From IMG/VR virus record IMGVR_UViG_3300032270_000274, positions 1 through 29,536 of that record: a DNA stretch of 29,536 nucleotides, one strand, 5' to 3'. The position numbers and the translations under genes were made by a program. The stretch comes from a virus (lineage: Duplodnaviria > Caudoviricetes). Below the pieces are notes generated by a model that had not been told where the DNA came from, made no database searches, and saw only the letters and a program-made list of their open reading frames with translations. This document shows positions 25,082 through 29,536 of the stretch, in pieces; position 1 is the first letter of the stretch, and every line of letters begins with the position of its first letter.

Positions 25082-25158
25082 AGCAGGGTAGCTCAGTCTG
25101 GTGGAGCACTCGGTTCATACCCGAAGGGTCGGAGGTTCAAATCCTTCCCCTGCAACCA
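25082..25158 (+). tRNA. tRNA-Met (CAT)
   Basis: Cloverleaf with GCAGGG/CCCTGC acceptor, GCTC/GAGC D stem, TT-CAT-AC loop, GGAGG-TTCAAAT-CCTTC T arm and encoded CCA. Confidence 0.92.
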
Positions 25159-25159
25159 T

Positions 25160-25231
25160 CATGTACAAAAATCGGCAATAAGTAAACATGACGCTTGACT
25201 CATGTACAAAAAACAAAAAATTTTGTACATG
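25160..25231. repeat. Three copies of CATGTACAAAA (two direct, one inverted)
   Basis: Direct copies at 25160-25170 and 25201-25211, inverted TTTTGTACATG at 25221-25231. Confidence 0.85.
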
Positions 25232-25261
25232 TTGACATGTCGTGAGATGTGTTGATAGAAT
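25232..25261 (+). promoter_or_regulatory. Near-consensus sigma70 promoter
   Basis: TTGACA (25232-25237), N18, TAGAAT (25256-25261) with extended TG. Confidence 0.75.
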
Positions 25262-25273
25262 TTGATCCAAGTT

Positions 25274-25400
25274 GCAAGGACGTGGAACTCTAAGCAATAA
25301 AGCCGTTAAGCCAGACTCCGACCCCTTTGGGGTGCGTATCCTTAAAAAGATGCGGTTCCACCGGGGTCTGCCTTAACGGTTTTTTGTTTTCCACGCCTGC
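25274..25400 (+). ncRNA. Branched stem-loop RNA with a U-tract (antisense- or attenuator-like)
   Basis: 20-position stem 25301-25320/25362-25381 enclosing ACCCC/GGGGT and CGTATC/GATGCG hairpins; three G-U wobbles favour the + strand. Confidence 0.6.
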
Positions 25401-25646
25401 CGTACTCCACACGAAAGTAATGAGTCTGCATGGACTGCTTGGAAGAGAACACCGCACTCTGATACACCCGCAGAGCTAAATGCGACCAGCGTTGGTTTGG
25501 CGACTGGTAAAGCACACGGTAACTCAGGTGGACAAGTTAGGCCGTGTGTATAAGCGAACAAACTCGTCATGCGCACTTGGGGCTTATTGATTCATCAATC
25601 AGTCTGGAGCGGGAAGGATACCCTCGTATCCACCCTAGCAGAGCCT
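25401..25646 (+). ncRNA. Candidate multi-hairpin structured non-coding RNA
   Basis: Six near-contiguous hairpins, no convincing ORF, lies between two promoter-like elements. Confidence 0.5.
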
Positions 25647-25647
25647 A

Positions 25648-25676
25648 TGGACTTGATCGCCCTGTGCAGGTATGAT
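25648..25676 (+). promoter_or_regulatory. Sigma70-like promoter for the giant ORF
   Basis: TGGACT-N17-TATGAT, followed by GAGGT RBS at 25694. Confidence 0.55.
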
Positions 25677-25702
25677 CCAACAACTTCAATACCGAGGTCG
25701 CT

Positions 25703-28700
25703 ATGCCCCTCTACCCCAAGCTGTCAAACCAAGCAATTGAACGCTCAGAAGGGTTTGACCCTTATGTCCCTACACCGCTTTCGGGTGCATATAGCCGTAG
25801 GCAGGCAGAGCAAAGGAAGGCTGACGCTAAGGCAAAGGACATGAAGTATTCGCCTTTGGATAAGGCGGTTGCTGGCTTAGAGTCAGCGATGATGATGGGC
25901 TCCATGATGTTTGAGTCGATCCAACAAGCGCCCAAGCTCCTGCAAGGTGAAGACGCATACGCCTCCGCTATTGGCAATCGCATGTACCAACCACGCATGC
26001 ATCCAGAGAAGTCTGCTGAGTACATCGGTGACCTTATCGACTTGATGGACAAGGCGCAGACCGAGTACAAGATCCCACCCATCATGCCCGAGCTTGCAGT
26101 CTTTGCCCCATTGATGCAAGCCGCCAACCAACAAGTTAAACAAGGTGTTAATCAAGCCGCCACCCGATCAGGCATGGCTTTGGAGAGGTCGCTTGAGAAG
26201 CCTGTGACCAACATTATGAATCGTGGTGGCTTTGGCGCTCAGATGCTTGGCTCATTTGACACTCAGCCTGCTCAGGTGATTAAGAATAAGGGTGGCAATT
26301 GGTTGGGCGGTAACTTAGCTGGTGGTGTAGATAAGCGATTGAAGTCGTTGCAAACGCCAACCATTGCAGGTGAAACGCCAGCCCAACGTATACCCAAGCA
26401 TGAAGCTTTGCTGAACGACCCAACATTAAATCAAGACCAAATTGATAGGGTGCGTTACCAACTGGAGCAAACTAAAGGTGAAGCCGCTATAGACAAGTGG
26501 ATCGAGAGCAACGTAGGCAACTACGTCAAGAAAGAGATGGGGACGCCTGAAGACCCAGTTCGCTTAATGTTGGAGAAACGTGCGCAGGAGATCGAGGCTC
26601 AGTTCCAAGTTGACATGAATCGTGCGCAACGTACACGAGCTAGGGCTGAGGTAGAAACAGACCCAGACAAGCAGGCCACCCTGATGCGTCGAGCAGATCA
26701 ACAAGAGGCGCAGGCAAATGCAGACAGAGACTTTGCAAACGAGTATGCAACCCACTTGCCGCCAGATGAGTACGGCCCTGATGAAGACGCCTTGATCGAT
26801 CTTCAATCCAAGCGTGAGAAGGCAGGCTTTGCGCCCGAAGGTATGGCTAAGTCAGAACCAGCACAGCGTTGGGAGAACATCTCCGACGAGGCGCTTGACT
26901 CTATTCGTGCTGGTGACATCCAAAAGCAACAAGCTATGCAAGAGCAGTCAAAGCAGGCAAATTTAGCTTTTGACAAACTTTTCAATGAAATTGACGAAAA
27001 ATATTCTGTTGAACTAAGAAAAAAATTGGAAGAAGCAGGCATAACATTTGATGATCAGAATTTTATGAATGTCATCAAATCAACGCCAATCACAGACAAG
27101 GCAGAATTCCTTGGCTTAGGGGATCAATTCAAAAAATTGCGCCAAGAATCTTTCAATGCAAATAGGACGTTCAGCAGTGGGCTTCAGGAGATTGGCGAAG
27201 AAAACCCATTCGTATATAAAGTTGATCCTGAGACCAAGCTTTATCAAGCATACCTTGGCGACCTTGGTATTGACCACGTTGTTGACGTCATCAAGCAAGA
27301 CGTAGCGGCTGGTCGTATTCGACCTGAGCAATTGAGCAAGCTCACCATGGATCAAGCCATCAAGCGTACCGCCGACTACAACAAAGAGCTTGCCCAAAAG
27401 ATGAACGCCGAAAAAGCGGCGGCTCGTGAAGGGTTGCCTATCTTCAAAGAATATCCACAAGGGTATCGTTGGATCGAGTTGAACAAGCCCGGCGCATTTA
27501 ACGCAGAGTCCGAGGCCATGGGCCACTCTGTTAAGGGCTATGAGCCACCCAAGGGCCACCCAGATTGGGTAGAGGGTTCTGGTGACTCTGGTAGCTACGG
27601 ATATGGTTACGGAGGTTGGGAAGCTATTAAGTCAGGCAAAGCAAAGGTTTATTCATTGGTCGACTCCAAGGGCCAGCCGCATGCAACTGTGGAGGTTGGT
27701 CAAGCCGAGCCTAAGGAAGCCGCATTAAAAGCCATGCCGCAAGAAGTGCAGGACGAGTTCAACAAAAGAATTGACAACTGGATTGGTAGTATTGATTATG
27801 TTCCTTCTCGTGAAGAGATCATGCAAGAAACAAAACGTCTATTTGGCGAACTAAACATCCCCATAAGTCGAGAAATCAACCAAATCAAAGGCAAAGGCAA
27901 TGCTCGCCCAGTAAACAAGTATGACCCATACACGCAGGACTTTGTTAAAAGCGATCAATGGGAAAGAGTTGGTGATTTGCAAAACACTGGCTTACATAAG
28001 TTTGGGTCAAATTATTTGACACTCCCAGAAGCTGAGGCTATGTACAAGCCAAAAATACAAGAGGCTTTGAACTTCTTGGATACGCACCCAGCATTGGAAG
28101 AACATCGTATTGCGCAAAAAGCCGCTGATGATTTCACAGGAGATATACCCAGCCCTGAGTATGAGCAACTACAAAGAGGCGTTGGAAGATCAATCAGCGG
28201 GAATGTTCCATACACAATTCGTGAATTAAGGGCCTTGTTGAGCGCACCAGAAGATTGGGTTGATCGCAACGAAACTATTTACACGCCAATCAGTACAGCT
28301 TTAGACAGAATTGGCGAAGCAAAAAAAGAGCTTGGCATCATTGACGAGCCCCCCATCGAAGGCATGAAGCGTGGCGGAAAGGTACACATCTCTGACAACC
28401 CTGACACCATGGCGATGGAGTTGGAAGACCAACACTTTGGCGTAGGCGGTGCGGCTATCAAGCGTGTGATGAAGATTGCTGACCCTACGCAACGAGCCAT
28501 ACAGGCGAACAAGCTTGTTGAAAAGATGTTTGAGAGCGGTCACCTCAATGAAGAGTATCTACGCTTACTGCATAAAGCGCAAACAGGCCCACGCTCATTG
28601 CCTGAGGTGATTCCCAGAGCACGACCAAGAACCAAGGATGAGATCAGAGCGTATGCCCAACAAACGGCTGATCAACTCAATGCCATTCAACAGGGCAAGT

Positions 28701-29536
28701 TCCTTCGTGCCTCACCAGAGAAGTCTGAGAACTTTGCTGGCAAGTCCTTTGACCAATGGAAGATGGAGCAAGATCTACAGCACGACATACGTCCAACGGG
28801 CGTTGAACTGCAAACACCTGAAGTGGCTGACATTGCCAAACAAAAGGGCATGCTCAAGCTTGGCATATCAGGAGACACAACGATTGCCGACAAAGATCTT
28901 TACAAAGCTGGCAAATACGAATTGAAGTTCCCATCCGAACAGCAGGGTGGCCCGTTCTATGGGTTGCGCAAACGATCCAGCCCAGTGTCATGGGCATCCA
29001 ATGAGCAGGTTCTTCAAGGACAACAGAGGGACATCAATGCGTTCTCTGAGGCATATGGTGGTGTACATGTCATTGGTCAGTACAACGCAATGGGGCCAGT
29101 TGGAACTAACTTTGCCCAACACTTTGCTGGCGCAAACCTCAACGCCATTGATGTACTCAAGATGGAGCCATCTCAATTAGATGAGTTCAACGAGTTGATC
29201 AGACGAGGGAATAAGAAGTCGGGTGTGCATCATGACTTCCCCGGCATCGAAGACCCCTCCGCCTACACCTATCTTCAGTTCTACCCAGAGCTTCGCAAGC
29301 ACTTCAACTCGCTGATGGTCAAGCCAACCGTTACTGAAAAGTATGGTTTGCCTGATGGCAGGGTCATCCTCCATGCAATCACGGAGCCTGAGTTGCGTGA
29401 CATGCCCGTGTTGACCTCGGGGCACTCACAGTTTGAGCTACTCCCCGGCTACGACCCCAAGGCTTTGCCCCTGTCAGGGCATTCGACCTACTCGCACGAC
29501 CTGCCAATGAAGCCGGGAGCCACGGTCAAGCAAACC
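25703..29536 (+). CDS. Giant multidomain protein with a PcfJ-like domain (at least 1278 aa, 3' truncated; absent from the ORF track)
   Basis: ATG 25703 (MPLYPKLSNQ...); no stop found on manual translation to the window end; ESEAMGHSVKGY...KSGKAKVYSLVDSKGQPHATVEV...QIKGKGN resembles PcfJ. Confidence 0.85.
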   Translation, partial: MPLYPKLSNQAIERSEGFDPYVPTPLSGAYSRRQAEQRKADAKAKDMKYSPLDKAVAGLESAMMMGSMMFESIQQAPKLLQGEDAYASAIGNRMYQPRMHPEKSAEYIGDLIDLMDKAQTEYKIPPIMPELAVFAPLMQAANQQVKQGVNQAATRSGMALERSLEKPVTNIMNRGGFGAQMLGSFDTQPAQVIKNKGGNWLGGNLAGGVDKRLKSLQTPTIAGETPAQRIPKHEALLNDPTLNQDQIDRVRYQLEQTKGEAAIDKWIESNVGNYVKKEMGTPEDPVRLMLEKRAQEIEAQFQVDMNRAQRTRARAEVETDPDKQATLMRRADQQEAQANADRDFANEYATHLPPDEYGPDEDALIDLQSKREKAGFAPEGMAKSEPAQRWENISDEALDSIRAGDIQKQQAMQEQSKQANLAFDKLFNEIDEKYSVELRKKLEEAGITFDDQNFMNVIKSTPITDKAEFLGLGDQFKKLRQESFNANRTFSSGLQEIGEENPFVYKVDPETKLYQAYLGDLGIDHVVDVIKQDVAAGRIRPEQLSKLTMDQAIKRTADYNKELAQKMNAEKAAAREGLPIFKEYPQGYRWIELNKPGAFNAESEAMGHSVKGYEPPKGHPDWVEGSGDSGSYGYGYGGWEAIKSGKAKVYSLVDSKGQPHATVEVGQAEPKEAALKAMPQEVQDEFNKRIDNWIGSIDYVPSREEIMQETKRLFGELNIPISREINQIKGKGNARPVNKYDPYTQDFVKSDQWERVGDLQNTGLHKFGSNYLTLPEAEAMYKPKIQEALNFLDTHPALEEHRIAQKAADDFTGDIPSPEYEQLQRGVGRSISGNVPYTIRELRALLSAPEDWVDRNETIYTPISTALDRIGEAKKELGIIDEPPIEGMKRGGKVHISDNPDTMAMELEDQHFGVGGAAIKRVMKIADPTQRAIQANKLVEKMFESGHLNEEYLRLLHKAQTGPRSLPEVIPRARPRTKDEIRAYAQQTADQLNAIQQGKFLRASPEKSENFAGKSFDQWKMEQDLQHDIRPTGVELQTPEVADIAKQKGMLKLGISGDTTIADKDLYKAGKYELKFPSEQQGGPFYGLRKRSSPVSWASNEQVLQGQQRDINAFSEAYGGVHVIGQYNAMGPVGTNFAQHFAGANLNAIDVLKMEPSQLDEFNELIRRGNKKSGVHHDFPGIEDPSAYTYLQFYPELRKHFNSLMVKPTVTEKYGLPDGRVILHAITEPELRDMPVLTSGHSQFELLPGYDPKALPLSGHSTYSHDLPMKPGATVKQT

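Noticed and set aside
25082-25158. tRNA as a prophage attachment site or host boundary
   Set aside because: Phage-type sequence continues on both sides; I saw no duplicated tRNA 3' end and no integrase.
25373-25844. Track ORFs 25373..25576 (-) and 25569..25844 (+) as genes
   Set aside because: No clear RBS or motif; one is antisense to the promoter and the other overlaps the giant ORF out of frame. A short peptide cannot be fully excluded.
25762-29425. Many short track ORFs suggesting a gene-poor or decayed region
   Set aside because: They are shadows of one uninterrupted + strand frame from 25703 that the track omitted because it has no stop inside the window.
1-29536. Stop-codon reassignment or a diversity-generating retroelement
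   Set aside because: Genes tile densely under the standard code with TAA, TGA and TAG all used as stops; no reverse transcriptase or template/variable repeat pair was seen.

Overview
This window is about 29.5 kb of a tailed dsDNA phage genome. It looks podovirus-like, and no integrase or CI-type repressor is visible; a Proteobacterial host is inferred, not shown. From left to right: (1) the last codons of a probable M15-type endolysin, then + strand virion genes (adaptor-like, tail, nozzle-like, three large internal or ejection-type proteins and an SLT transglycosylase) ending at a terminator near 11650; (2) a - strand early arm (11653-15429) with a PD-(D/E)XK exonuclease, a lipoprotein, an SSB-like protein and small ORFs; (3) a + strand arm with YdaS/Cro-like HTH, YdaU-like replication initiator, DnaB-like helicase, RusA, Ref-like nuclease and an array of small accessory genes behind repeated promoter and hairpin cassettes; (4) terS, terL and tRNA-Met(CAT); (5) about 380 nt of highly structured DNA with no convincing ORF, bracketed by two promoter-like elements; (6) an ORF of at least 1278 codons with a PcfJ-like domain, missing from the ORF track because it runs off the window end. 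The most unusual signals are the candidate structured ncRNA after the tRNA, a c4-like element whose loop is complementary to the initiator RBS, recurring hydrophobic-x-x-GG linkers in the giant proteins, and an N-terminal copy of the SSB acidic tail on a zinc-finger protein. Product calls rest on motif recognition by eye, and RNA folds are hand-derived. No database search was run.
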